Shown here one piece after another: positions 1 through 14,280 of a stretch of DNA of 64,000 nt. The translations under genes were made by a program, and so were the position numbers. Below the pieces are notes generated by a model, which was not told the DNA's origin, searched no databases, and saw only the letters and a list, made by a program, of their open reading frames with translations. Source of the DNA: Octopus sinensis (taxonomy: Eukaryota); assembly GCF_006345805.1 (NCBI RefSeq), contig NC_042998.1:113274001-113338000 (forward strand). The letters run 5' to 3'. The first letter of the stretch is position 1; every line of letters starts with the position of its first letter.

Positions 1-996
1 CATCTGGCTCAATAATATATTCATCTAACCCACACTAGCATGGTAAAATGAATACAAAAATGAACAAAGTATATTATTTTTGTACTCTAGTATACAAAGT
101 ATACCAGGGTACAGAAAGTAAGTGTAAAACTATGCAGTATAAAGCATATCAGTGTAACTGAATTCACACATCATCCTATAATAAGGATAACACTGTACTA
201 GTATACAATACAGTAGATCTCCTATGTTGATGCTATAACTGTACAAGTTTATCACACACTAAAAATCATGTAATATGGATATAACACTACCAGTATACAG
301 TATAGTAAATATATGATGGGGATATAACTGTATCAGTATAACAGATATCCTAAAGTCTACTTGAAGCCTACAGGCTCATGAGGCAGGAGCTTGTCCAAAT
401 TTTCAAGACCTTCAAGGCTGAGAGTATAGGAATTCTTATTGAATGGGACGCCAGTATGTCACAGGGTTAATCCCTGGTACTCATTTTCAGCTGAGTGTAC
501 TGGAGCAATGTGAAACCAAGTGCCTTGCTCAAAGACACAACATGTCACCCAGTCCCACAACCTAACAATCCCAAGCCTAACACACTAGCCACTAGGCTAG
601 ATTCCTTCACACATGTCCTATAGTGATGGTATAACTACATCCAGTTGGAATATATTATTTACCATAGAACCTTACATAGAAGAAACGAAGTCATGTAGTG
701 GTTATGCTTTTAACTGAAGTGAAACAACTATAATTAGATCACAGTCAATTTACCAAGATGTTGGTTACTATATCACATCACCCTAGCACAAAACAATAAA
801 ACAAAATATAATAATGGACTAACAAACGTAATTCCTTTATTTTGAAATAGTTTTACTAACTTGATTGGGCATTTAGATTAGACCTTATACAATATTTGCA
901 TTCCTGATGCTGATATTGATGAACATATGGTGCTCATATTGGCTACAGTTTATGAAAAACATAAGAAAATTAACAAAAACAAAAAAGCATATTTAC

Positions 997-1096
997 TTGG
1001 AGCCTTCTGGTAGGATTATCTTCACTGTCAAATGATCAACAATTTGGTCATCAAATACATGATCCATAAGACGCATCTTCAACAAATACTTGTCTC
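997..1096 (-). CDS. RPN1: RPN1 coding exon 6 (gene continues beyond the window start)
   Basis: [34 protein letters not shown]. tgtgcAG acceptor, GTAAAT donor; 100 nt, phase 1 to 2. Confidence 0.95.
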
Positions 1097-2926
1097 CTGC
1101 ACAATAAAGACATTGGACAATTAGTTTCCAGACCTCCTCCATATCTGTCATTGTATCTCTCTCTCTCCTCCTTACATTCTTGCAACCATTACCCACCCAT
1201 AGTCATCTATATACACCTTTATTATTATTATTATTATTGTTCTGCTGCTCTTTGCCTTCCTATAGTCACTTAACAACACCTCTACCCTGAGCCACTTCTG
1301 TTTCTTACCACCTTCTCCAACTCATATTTTCATCAGCCACAGCTCCTACCTTGTTCATCATTCACCTCTCCCTACAATACCAACCACCTGTCACTCTCCT
1401 CCCACTCACCTTCTTCAATCTTCTGTTTCTTGTCTCTCTTCAATTCATCTTTGTACTTTGAAGATATGCACTGACATTTTATCACCACCATATTCATCTA
1501 TCTTTCCAACTACTCCCACTCACCCTTATAAGGCGGGGTAGCCATTTATCTCCTCTACATCAACTTTAGCCTCTCAACTCTCAGCACAAAGCTTCCTCTT
1601 TTCTACGATTCTCCTACTTAGTTGAGGGGGCTTTTAGCCATGTGAGTTATACAGCAACCACATCAGTACTGAATTCACACAAAAAAAAAGTACCCAGCAT
1701 ACTCTGTAAAGTGGAAGGGCATCCAGCCATAGAAACCATGCCAAAGCAGACACAAGAGTTTGGCACAGTCCTCTGACTCATTGGATTCTGTTGGTCCATC
1801 CAATCTCTGCCAGCAAAGAAGATGGATCTTAAATGAAGAGGATATTCACTGAGAGGAAAATCTACTCTCTCACACCAACAGACACTCCAATACTACTTAA
1901 ATGAACATCCTGTATTCTCTGCTCCTTGAATCATCACTACTATTACACCACTCCCACCAAACCTCACTTCGCTTCACTTACTCGTCTCCGATCCTCAGTA
2001 TCTTCCATTTCATGTCATTTTAAATATTCTTTTCTACTCTAGGCACAAGACCCGAAATTTGGGGGAAGGAGCCAGCCAATTAGATTGACCCTAGTACACA
2101 ACTGGTACTTAATTTATCAACCCCGAAACATGAAAGGCAAAGTCGACCTTGGTGGAATTTGAACTCAGAATGTAAAGTCAGACAAAATACCACTAAGCAT
2201 TTTGCTTGGTGTGCTAATGTTTCTGCCAGCTCACCACCTTATGTCATTTTAAATATTATCTACTTCTTCCTTCCAACCATTACATCTCCCTACAACCACC
2301 TTTTAGCTTTGTCTTCATGTACCTTTAAAACACCCAGTGAAGACAGCTTCTGCAGATAAACGAGCAAATAAGTGAAGCGTCTCCAAGGTTGCTTGACCTG
2401 CTGAAAATTCCCACAAATCCAACCCCATCCCAACATCTTAAAAATAAAAAGGACACATTGGATAATGTAGTCTTAGAAACTCTGAAAAGGATGAGATGGA
2501 ATGCTTCTGGTCAGAGGTCTGCTTGATCAGAAATGTCTTGGGGGAACCAAACATCAACAATTCTCGCAGATACATGTTAAGTAGAAGACAGAGTGGTGAG
2601 ACCTAGTTTCTTATAAAATCTATTGGAGTGATCTACCTCATGTTGAATATAGAACTACCTCAACTAAGAATTAACCACTTCAATTTCCTACATTCAAATT
2701 TAACCTGTACTAACCTTCCATTATCTAGGAGGACCTACAAAAGGTGTCCTACCTCTTAAAGATACAGTTCTAGAAACAAAAATACTGTGAAGGTATCTTA
2801 ACAAGTTATTACAAAGAGCAGTTATTTTGTAAACGAAAGCTGTAATATTTACATCTTGATGAATTAAGTTGTATAAACACAGCATTTTTAATCCCCTCCC
2901 AGCAACGTCAGTAGTGAATGGTCTAC

Positions 2927-3119
2927 CTTTATTGTAAAGATATTCATAACTGGGTACATTGTAGCCAATGTAATACTGGGTCTTCCAACCACCAAACAGT
3001 GGAAACCTAGGACGGAGTTCTAATTCAACAGAATCATCCATTTCCTTCAAATGACTAGTAGAAATGTTTCCAATTTCATCACGGTAATAGACATCTCTGG
3101 CAGCAGCTGGTAGAATAGT
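2927..3119 (-). CDS. RPN1: RPN1 coding exon 5
   Basis: [23 protein letters not shown]...[29 protein letters not shown], the ribophorin I signature. 193 nt, phase 0 to 1. Confidence 0.97.
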
Positions 3120-3262
3120 CTAGAAGTAAAAAAAGAATAAAATTCATATTTATGTATACAATAAATATATATATATAAAGTACATTTTAGATTGGTCTCA
3201 GGATTACTTAACACAACTTTAGAATTCTTCCATGTCTAGTATGCATGTAACTTTATACTTAA

Positions 3263-3474
3263 CCTTTTGGTATTGAGATTATTCTATGAAATGTAACACT
3301 TATTTATCTACATTGTTTTGAATTTATCTAGCATTTTCTTGTAGCTTTTGCGATTTCAGTTATGTGATTGTATGTTTTTTAGACTAACATTATACAGTAG
3401 GTAGGAGAGGCTGGATCTGGCCAGTTTGAACATAAAAGAGGAAGAATATTTTGGCCAGTTTAAATGCTGAAGGG
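3263..3474. mobile_element. TTAA-flanked MITE (piggyBac-like ends)
   Basis: TTAA|CCTTTTGGTATT ... AATGCTGAAGGG|TTAA. Confidence 0.55.
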
Positions 3475-4105
3475 TTAAAGCCCAAACAGAGAAATAGATA
3501 AAAAGACTTTTTCACCTGAAGATAATGCACAACTACACACTCATGTTTACATTTTGCAGAATGTGACATATTACAAAACACATTAATAAAACAATTCCTA
3601 ATCAGAATTCCTGCTTACTTTCAGAATTAGAATATGAATTTTCTTATTTCCAAAAACTTCCTTTTCTATTCGGCCATTACATATATGAGAAGTTAATGTA
3701 TTGGTACTGGACTCTTTTAATGAGGTTTAAAAGAAAACTGATCCTAGTGAATTACAGTTAAGAAATGAATCAATCTATAACAAAACTTGCAGAAAATATG
3801 AAAAATTATCAATTTAAGAATTGTGACAAAACTTTCAGATTAGCAGAATACGCTGATGACTTTTCCAAACTTACTTTATTCATAATGCTTGTCCTATCAA
3901 AGTTTTTAAATCAATAAGAAACCACTAAATCCCATCTTAACTTTTTAATCCAATACCAATTATTTCATTATTTTTACATTTACTTCTTTCTTTACCATAA
4001 CCGAATGGTAACACTATCAGATGAAGGATCAATACCACTACTAACTTTCTTTAAACTTATTTTGTTAAAAAAGTGCAAAAATTATATATTAATTTTTCAT
4101 TTTAA

Positions 4106-4337
4106 CCCTTTACCTGTCCAAATTATTTTCATAAGTTTGTCCTAAACATCCATGTTTCTTTTTTTCAGACTTTTAGTTAGCCCTTGCTTCATACATTCTG
4201 AGTAATATAAAACTTTCCTAAGTCCCAAGTTACTCTGGTAGCTGACAAAAAATTGGGAATGTATATAGTATATGATGCAAGGAGGCCAGGGAAATATATC
4301 CTGCATATTACAAGTGATACACAGGATAAGTAAAGGG
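4106..4337. mobile_element. TTAA-flanked MITE (piggyBac-like ends)
   Basis: TTAA|CCCTTTAC ... GTAAAGGG|TTAA. Confidence 0.6.
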
Positions 4338-4574
4338 TTAAGCTGACTTATCTAAGATTACTTTACAGTCAAAATTATGTCAGACTGATAGAGACATATA
4401 TATATGTACATGTGTATCCTTGAAGGGATACACAAAGCGCAATCATCATCATCATCATCATTATTTAATGTCTGTTTTCCATTCTGGCATGGGTTGGATG
4501 GTTCTGCAGGAGCTGGCAAGTCAGAAAACTGCACCAATCCCTGCTGTCTGCCTTTGCGTGATTTTTATGGCTGG

Positions 4575-5275
4575 TGCAAGAGAACGTTTGCGCTGGTATG
4601 GTCATGTGGCGAAAATGGATGAAGATAGTTGTGTGAAAAAGTGCCACACCCTAGCGGTTGAGGGAACCTGTGGAAGAGGCAGACCCAGGAAAACCTGGGA
4701 CGAGGTGGTGAAGCACGACCTTCGAACTTTAGGTCTCACCGAGGAAATGACTAGAGACCGAGACCTTTCGAAGTATGCTGTAAGTGAGAAGACCTGGCAG
4801 GACAAGTGAGACCATAACCTGTGGTCACTACATAGGATGTAGCCAGTCCACTTATGCATACTTTTCCTTCTTGGGACACAAAACTCTACTTGTGAAGACC
4901 TGTTGAGGCAAGTGAAAATCAAAATCGATCAACATCAATGGAAATTGCAGCTGTGATACCAGTGCCGGTGGTACGTAGGAGAACCATCCGAACGTGGCTG
5001 TTGCCATTGCCGCCCCAATTGGCCTCGTGTCGGTGGCATGTAAAAAGCACCATCCGATCGTGGCCGTTTGCCAGCCTCATCTGGCACCTGTGCTGGTGTC
5101 ACATAAAAAGCACCCACTACACTCACGGAGTAGTTGGCATTAGGAAGGGCATCTAGCCATAGAAACACTGCCAGATCAGACTGGGCCTGGTGCAGCCTTC
5201 TGGCTTCCCAGACCCCAATTGAACCATCCAACCCATGCTAACAAGGAAAGCAGATGCGAAACAATGATGATGATG
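4575..5275 (+). mobile_element. RTE-clade LINE 3' end (RT C-terminus, 3'UTR, (TGA)n tail)
   Basis: RLRWYGHVAKM...GRGRPRKTWDEVVKHDL motif followed by a UTR that recurs many times in the window (e.g. 8920-9530, 26903-27400, 31563-31920, 36570-36958, 56555-57150, 61390-62090). Confidence 0.8.
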
Positions 5276-5550
5276 CCCTTCCTAAATGTATTAGTAATAA
5301 TCTAAGACATTTTATTACTATCACTTTGTTTACTTCAATCATAAATATATCATTAGCTACAATTATACATCAACAATGCTGATTACCTTCACTAATTAGC
5401 TGGGTTTTATATGGATTTCATTCATAAAGATATTAAATATCTATTTGGAACACCTCTCAATTACTCCATGAAACATGAGGTGTTAATTTAAACCAGTAAT
5501 TACAGGAGAAAAAGTATTAGATAAAATAAGATTTGTGAAATGTTGTTTAC

Positions 5551-5757
5551 TTTGAAAGATTTGATTGAGGAGACACCATCTTGGTTCCGTTGATAATCAT
5601 AACGAGAGAATGGTCCTTTCAGTGTGGCTCCAGAATGAGTTACTTGAAAATGTTCTTCCACTGCAATATTGCCCCAGTGTGAAATTTCAATAACACGTTC
5701 CATGTTGGTTACAGTCAAGAATGGACTGTTATTTTCAAAATGGACTTTCAGCTCTTC
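5551..5757 (-). CDS. RPN1: RPN1 coding exon 4
   Basis: [35 protein letters not shown]...[12 protein letters not shown]...SFK, a highly conserved ribophorin I segment. 207 nt, AG/GT flanks. Confidence 0.97.
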
Positions 5758-6423
5758 CTGCAGAAAACAAAATAGATCATAACTAAGTGGGTCATTAGAT
5801 GACAATCATTGTGTGAGAAACAACACATATCATTAACATATCAGATACACATTTTTCGTCAACATTGAAATGTAAGTTATATAGTCTTACAAATTTCTAA
5901 AATTTTCTATACACTTCTTTATATATCAAAACATACACACTTTAATCATATGGCAATATGTCACTCAGTATACAGCATCCATTGCTCAAACAAACAAGTA
6001 AACCTCTGCATGGTTGTTCTAGAAATAGCAGCCAAATTTATTTCAACTATTTTAAGGAAGGACACAATAAATAAGGTAGTTCTAGACATAACACATTTGG
6101 AAAAAACCTGGATGGCCACAGCTGGAATACATTTATTCAATTAAAGCTGGCCTGAGGCTAAAAGACATGTGCCTATTTATATAGGCAGAACGGGAGAAGC
6201 TTCATCTGGTAGAAGTAAAAACAGGCTCTACACACTCTTCCTATAACTAGTTTTAGGAAAACATTCAACTGTGAAAACCTAAAATATAACTGGTTCAAAC
6301 AATCTATATGCAAATATTTAAATATGTAGAGCCACACAAGCTATACAAGTATGGTAAAGAGTGGAGGACAAAACAAAAGCATAGAATGGTTAAAGAATAT
6401 AAAAAGTAGATATATATAGATAC

Positions 6424-6730
6424 CGCAGTAAAAGGCTCTTTGTTGGGGTAAGGTCCATAGTTGATACTAGTTTCAGCTTGAGAAACAGGCTTCTTTTTAG
6501 TGTAGAACTCTATATTGGAGGAAGCACAAGTAACAACAGCTGATTGACTAATCGCTCGATATGGTGAGAACAAATAGAGGTTGGTACTGAACACAACATA
6601 CTGTTTCTCAGATTGTGCTATTTGAGAAGGATAAGCTTGCAAAGCATGTGTGTATATCTCTTCCAATTCTACAACTGCAGTCTTCCCAGGTTCGATACCA
6701 GATGACAAGTCAATATGGTAATAAACATTC
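6424..6730 (-). CDS. RPN1: RPN1 coding exon 3
   Basis: NVYYHIDL...HALQAYPSQIAQSEKQYVVF...YLFSPY...INYGPY...EPFTA. AG acceptor at 6732-6731, GT donor at 6423; 307 nt. Confidence 0.95.
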
Positions 6731-7689
6731 CTGTAAATAATAAAGAAATAAAATATAATTCCTAAAGAAAGAAAATACAAATAAAATTAAAGTTAATAGT
6801 CAGTTGTTACATTCTACTTCAATTTTACATGAGTTATTGGTGGATAGCAACCTTGGAAATAGCAGACAAAAATATTTGCCAGGAATTTACATAGATGTTC
6901 ATTTTCAAAGCAACTGAGAGTCTGTTGAGGGAAATTTGACTATTATACTAACAGATCAATCAATTAGGTACATTGTTGTTTAACCCCATATCAACTTCAA
7001 TTGAGCAGATCAAAAACATTTCAGCTATGACTGCCCTGACCTTTTAAGGTTACATAAGACAGCATTGTCTAATGTGTCCTTTCCCTCTTAAGGATACATA
7101 GGGTGTGATTTGGTAAAGATTTGGCTGCTTTCTCTATCAAGTTGAGTGACTACACAGAAGCTTTCTTGCTGACATGTCTATAGATGTGTTGTATACATCT
7201 GTAAATTCAATTCTTTGCGTCAGCTTTAACCCTAAAACAGCAGACATCATCAACTGATGTTTCATTAGAAAATAGAAGGCATCATCACCGTTTTTAAAAT
7301 TCTACCTGAAGATAGACATCATCAACTGATGCCCAAGTGTCTTTGCCAAGTACTCTGAGTATAAGCAGCCCTTATCAATGGAAGAAATCAAGTCACAGAT
7401 TTTTCATCCAATATAGAAGTTTTTTTCTGACTTTCCTTCATCATCAGATGAAGTAGATGATGACGATAGACTAATAGCAAAGAAAGTGATGCTTCAACTA
7501 GCTCTGGATGGAAAAATGCACTGATATTTGTACATTTGTTTGACAACAACAATGCAGAAATCTCAAATGAATTTATGCTTATACTGGATGCAAAGGAAAG
7601 TGAATATTTTATGGTACTTAGATTTTGTACTTATTTAATGTAAAAATAAGTATAAAAATTACCATAAAAATAAACAAAAACAGATATAG

Positions 7690-8498
<809 letters not shown>

Positions 8499-10695
8499 CA
8501 TACACAGGCCAATGGATGCTATTTTTGTGTGTGTAAGACTAACAGTGGAGCAGTTTATGCCAGTCTCCCTTCTCAAAAGTATCAGGGCCATCATAGACAT
8601 TGTGGCCAGAATGGAAACAGCCAATGCAGATATCAGAAAACATTCAATATACTAATAGTTCCACCAATCTATGCTCCAGATTGATACTTTTTTCATTGAC
8701 CCCACAACAAAGTGATGAAAAGCAAAATCAACTTTCGTGGGATTTGAACTCAGACTGCAAAGAGTTGGAACAAATACCATAAAGTGGTTTATCTAATGTT
8801 CTAATGACTTCACCAATTTGCCCCCGTTCAAGTGTTAGACCGACTACCTAAAATAGCTCTTCTACTACACTGCTTTTACATAGTCATGGCCAGTGCTGCT
8901 GTCATGTTATTGGCACTAGTACTGGTGCCACATAAGAGCACCTTTTGAGTGTTGAGCTTCACAGAGGCATTGACAAATGACTGAGGCCTTCAACAATACG
9001 CTGTGCTTGAGAAGAAGACCCATCAAGCCAAGTGAAATTGTAGTCATGGCAGATACCGGCATCAAATAAAAGCACCCAGTTGTAGAAACCATGTCAAATC
9101 AGACTGGAGTCTGGTGAAGCCCCTCAGCTTACTAGCCCTGGTCAAACCGTCCAACCCATGCCAGCATGGACAATGGAGATTGAATGATGATGTATTAATC
9201 ATCATCATCGTCATTTAATATCCATTGTCCATGCTGGCATGGGTTGGACGGTTTGACCAGGGCTGGTAAGCTGAGGGGCTGCACAAGACTCCAGTCTGAT
9301 TTGGCATGGTTTCTTCAACTGGATCCCCTTCCTAATGCGAACCACTCCAAGTGTGTAATGGCTGCTTTTATGTGTCACTGGCATGGGTGTCAGTTTGCAT
9401 GACACCAATATCTGCCAGAACTATGATTTCACTTAGCTTGATGAGTCTTCTACTCAAGTGCATTATTTGTCATAGCCTCTGTGAGGCCCAGCATTTGGAA
9501 AGTGTTTTTTTACATACCACTAGCACTGTCATGTAACATGCTAGTTACATGACACCAGCATTTTCCACATTGCCTCTGTGAAGCCCAAGGAGAAATAAAT
9601 TTTATGCTTTATTTCTTGTATGCCTATAGAACATAATACTTCAATACATTTGTAGCTTATTTTCTCTGTTAGTCTGCCTGTGATCCCACTATACCTTTCA
9701 TGTGTTCATCCTTTACATTAGGTTCGGTCTATGGAATATATATATATTAAATATACCAACATCATCTAATTCTAAACCAAATTGTTAATACTTATTACCA
9801 ATTTTCTTTGCTCTAGTGATTTCCTCTTGAACTAATGTTTAATAAAACCCTGCACCTGATGATACTCTAAATTGTTTAAATAATGCCTGAAAAAGCTAAA
9901 TTTGTTGCAGGAGATATTGAATAAAAGAGAGAAACTGAAAGGGTTTGAGTTAGAGAAAGAAAGTCAGAAAAGAGTACCTAAAATATGATGAACTTAACTT
10001 TTTTCAGAATACATAGTCTAAAAATGTCAAAGATTTTCAGAAAATTACATCTGCTCAAAACCATGTATTTTCTACTCAATAATTTATAGCATCAGTGGAT
10101 ACTTATGTAATACAAAGAGAATGATAGGAGTCTATGAAGCTAAGTTCAACATTTGTTGAATAGACATGTTTTTCAAAAACCTGTGGTCTATTTAAAAATT
10201 TTTGTTACTTGTTTTAGTCACTGGACTACACCCATGCTGGGGCACCTTTTGAAGGGTTTAGTTGAAGAAATTGACCCACAATACTTATTTTTAAGTCTGG
10301 TACTTGTTGCATTTAGTCTCCTTTTGCCAAATTGCTAAGTTAGAAGGATATAAACATCAATCAGCAAGTAAACAAACAAAATGATTCAAGTGCATGCACA
10401 CATACACATACAGTAGGCTTCTTTCCACACAGCTTCCACTCACCATACCCAATTACAAGGCTGAGGCTACAGTAGAAGACAATTGCCCAAGGTACCACAC
10501 AGTGAATCAACACAAAACCATGTGGTTGCAAAGAGAACTTCTTAACCACACAGCCAAACCTGTGACTATGGGAAAATTCATTTAAATAAAGGCAGTGCTT
10601 GTTCGTGAAAAGGTTGAAAACCACTAATTTATACAACAAAACCTAACATACCACTTTAAAGATAAAAAATTAAATATTAAAATGATGTAACTTAC

Positions 10696-10757
10696 TTTTG
10701 ACCTTTTATTGTGGTTTGCTTCTTTTTTACTTTCAACTTATCATCTTCACCTTTCAA
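10696..10757 (-). CDS. RPN1: RPN1 coding exon 2 (not in the ORF track)
   Basis: ttcttatttccAG|TTGAAAGGT...CAAAA|GTAAGT; encodes LKGEDDKLKVKKKQTTIKGQ. 62 nt, phase 0 to 2, fits exons 1 and 3. Confidence 0.88.
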
Positions 10758-12049
10758 CTGGAAATAAGAATAAAAATACAAAATAAACATTAATCAACGT
10801 TAACAGACTGAAGTAAATAGTAACTCTTTAATCCAATAATCCTTAACATTAGTTGATATATGCTAGAGAGATTGTTGAATGTGAGGGTGGTTGCTATGGC
10901 ATTGAAGCAGATCCAGCCACCCCTGTTAACGAGCACAAAGCCTGGATTCAAAATGATGGATGATGATTGTTGCATTGGTATGGATAGACATTAAGTGCTA
11001 GGTAGAAAAATAAAATAGGCTAAGAAAGGAAGATAAGCATGATATAAGGTCAAAGACATGGGGAGAAATGGTGAAGTCAGATCTCAAAATATTTGCAGTT
11101 TTCTTCTACATTTCATACTCTTAACACAATCTCAGACAAACTTAGTGTTAGATGGCTTAGCCTTTGAATTACAGATACACCTAATCCAATGAACTTGCAC
11201 AATTTCTGTCTATCCAATTTCACTCACAAGACTTAGGCTAACACAAGGCTATAGTAGAAGTCACTTGTCCAAAATACTGTACAATAATGTTAAACTTGAG
11301 ATCATGACAGCAAATCAAAATTCTTAACCATGCAACTATTCACTCAGCAAGACTTAATTTTTTATTTAATTAAAATAATTACTGCAGTCCCGCAAGTGTC
11401 TTCTACTGTAGACTTGGGCTAACCACAGCCTTAGTGAATTTGGTAGACAGAAACTACAAAGATGTGTGTGTGTGTGTGTGTGAGTGAATGTTTACCTACT
11501 GTGTGCTTTGTTACAATCATTGGAGTTCATTGTCATTTCCCTTTCAACAAACCATCCTCTGGTGACAAAAAGAGCATGCCAGTGCAAAACTATGCTTCAA
11601 TAATATACAGTCACCTAACCAGAGCATAGGAAAATGGATCTAAAAACAAATACATATATACATATACACATGTGTGTGTATGTGTGTAAATGTATAAAAT
11701 AGTTGGTAGAAGAAAGGACAACACCTATGACTTTTGGAGATCTTCTTCTGATGACATCAATGCAGTTTAATGCTCTATTTGAACTTCTATAGGTTAATTA
11801 CTATAGGCAGATAAGTAAAAGAAAAAAGGTTACAGTTTCAAAAGGAAGGACTGATTAAAGTAGGCATCACTATTAATTTTTAAAATATCTAAATCTAACT
11901 TCTACTGTACTTTTCTTGGAGAGCATCCAAAAAGAAACATTTTGATACCGCATTTGTGATATTTGGGTGAATATTTTAGGAAATATGATAATTTGAATAG
12001 TCAGCAAATTAGTTGAAATAATGCCTAATTGGCCTAAATGAATAATTAG

Positions 12050-14280
12050 CTATATTTTCAATGTCATAAAAAGACTAATGACTAACAAGAAGCTCAACAG
12101 AGAAAGGATGTGCTTGAGATGAGGAGAAACATTTAAAGCTCTTGATAGAGGGCACTATACCAGAGGGGTCATCAGAGCAATGCATGGAAATACTTTCCTG
12201 AATTCAATAAAACAAGTTACAACACTCTAAAGGAGTACCAGCCCAAAGATGACAGCAATATTCAATGCAAGATTGAATGGTGGCCGAATAGAGATACAAG
12301 ATACTCTTAGGCATTAAAAAAATTTATGAGCACAAAAGAGAGATCCAACCCTCTTTGCAGCCAACAGAGCAATGAACTGAACATATTTGTTCCAAAAGAG
12401 AGTTCAAATCAAAGTCAAACCAAGAAATTGGATACTATAGCTTTCTTAAAGATCAACCCAGCCCATAGCAATGGAGGGAATGAATGGCTGCCTATAAAAA
12501 CTGACAAAAACTCTGTCTTGCCAGCATTAAAAGTAACCAACCAGTCAATACCCCATTTTTTGACTGTGCAAAGATCATCCTCAAGAAAAGCAGTTTGCTA
12601 AAGGCTGCTAATTTTGTCACAAGAGGTGTAAATAGTGGTGTCACCAGTACAAGTGGTGAGTTTAGAAATAGTATAATCTGGGAAGGTCATTAATGAAAAG
12701 GAGGAAAAAATAGGACCAAGTACAGAGCCTTGAAATAGTCCAGCATTAACAATATATAACTTTCACTGCCAACCATCAAAGACTAGCTTGATGGTAAGAA
12801 GAGAGTCAGACAGACCATAGTTTCTGAGCTTGTGAATCAGCCCAGTGTGCTACACTCTGTAAAAAGCCTTTGAGATAACAAGATCGATGGCCCTAACCTC
12901 ACCAGAAAATTTAAGTGAATGATAGAAACATTCAGATATGATAGTGGGAACATTAGCAGTAGACCTAAATGCATGAAAATCATACTGAAAAACCAGAAAA
13001 AAGAACAGAAGAGTTAAGATGCCTGACCAAAGTAATAGATTCAAAGAACTTACTAATTACAAGAAGAAGACTTATAGGACAATAATTGTGTGGATCAAAC
13101 CTAGCCCCACTATTCTTAAATAGCGGAATAACAAAGATTTCCAACAAGACAGAAAGCAAAACTCATACAAAAATTTTTTGAACAACTTTGAAAGAAAAGG
13201 GGTCAGTTCAGCACTACATCACTACAAAACAACCAATATACCATCTGGACCAGATGATAATCTTGAATGGATCCAGTTTCACAATCATAGTTAACCATTT
13301 TAGTTGTTATATGCAAGGAGGTAAGGCTATTAGGAGTTGCTACATCAAATTCAGATAGAGGATGATCTGTGTTATCTGAGGTAGCAAACAGTAGCCTTGT
13401 CCCTCAAATTTCAAGAACTTGGCCCATGAAAAAGAGGAGGAACAGATGATATACTCTTGTGAAGAATATTATTGTAGATTCTACATAAGTCCCATCATCC
13501 AAGTTTTGGAGAGGAAAGATGGTCATAGGTGTCACTGGATGTAATGAGACTTTGCAGCCTCGATGACTATCTTGCATTTATTGCAAGCAGTGCAAAAAAG
13601 AGTAAGGCATCATATTAGAATTAGCAAGGTAGAACAAGGGACTCAATACCAGTTAGAATCTATGAAGCAAACTCAGATATACACTTTTCACCATTAATTT
13701 CAAACACTTCATTCTGTGGTGCATCACTACTGGAGCTTCTCTTAAGCTGTCCTACTCACTCCTTTCCTAGCTGAACATTGTTCTATGAAAAGGGGACTGC
13801 TGAGGCAACTTCATGCTAAGAGAAATAACCAGCCATACAATACCATAATCAGAATTACTGAACAGAGAGAGGAAGTCTTGTATAAAGTAGGAATGGAGGA
13901 CAGAAAAATGATTGAGCAAAGTTGGAACCTGATCATCACAATCAAGAAAGTGAGCAGGGAAGTTAAATGCTTGAGTTAATCTCTGGGAAATAGCGAAATT
14001 GAAGATGTTGTTGCCTGCAGTATCAGTAACTGGAGAATGCTTAAACCACTCAAAATGATGAACATTAAGATCAAATATGTTGAGTGATGGATGGAGAGAA
14101 AGTGTAGAATCAATACTTGTGGAGACAGAGTTTATGACAGCAATTTTGAGATGAAGAAAAGTAATAAAGAAAATTCATAAGGATTTTCAAGAGTCAATGC
14201 ACAAGGGATAGGAATTTGTCACAAATGTAAACTAAAAGACCATAATGGTAGAAAAGTCTTTCTATATGATTAAAAGGTCA
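12050..14280 (-). mobile_element. Degenerate non-LTR (LINE) endonuclease-RT remnant
   Basis: Minus-strand GPDG, NYCPISLL, ISKAFYRV and FQGSVLGPIF motifs in RT order, with many stops and frameshifts; boundaries approximate. Confidence 0.8.

Noticed and set aside
9849-9911. CTGATGA...GAAA flanked by CCTGCA/TGCAGG, a possible hammerhead
   Set aside because: No convincing stem II or III and wrong spacing to stem I; at best a heavily decayed relic.
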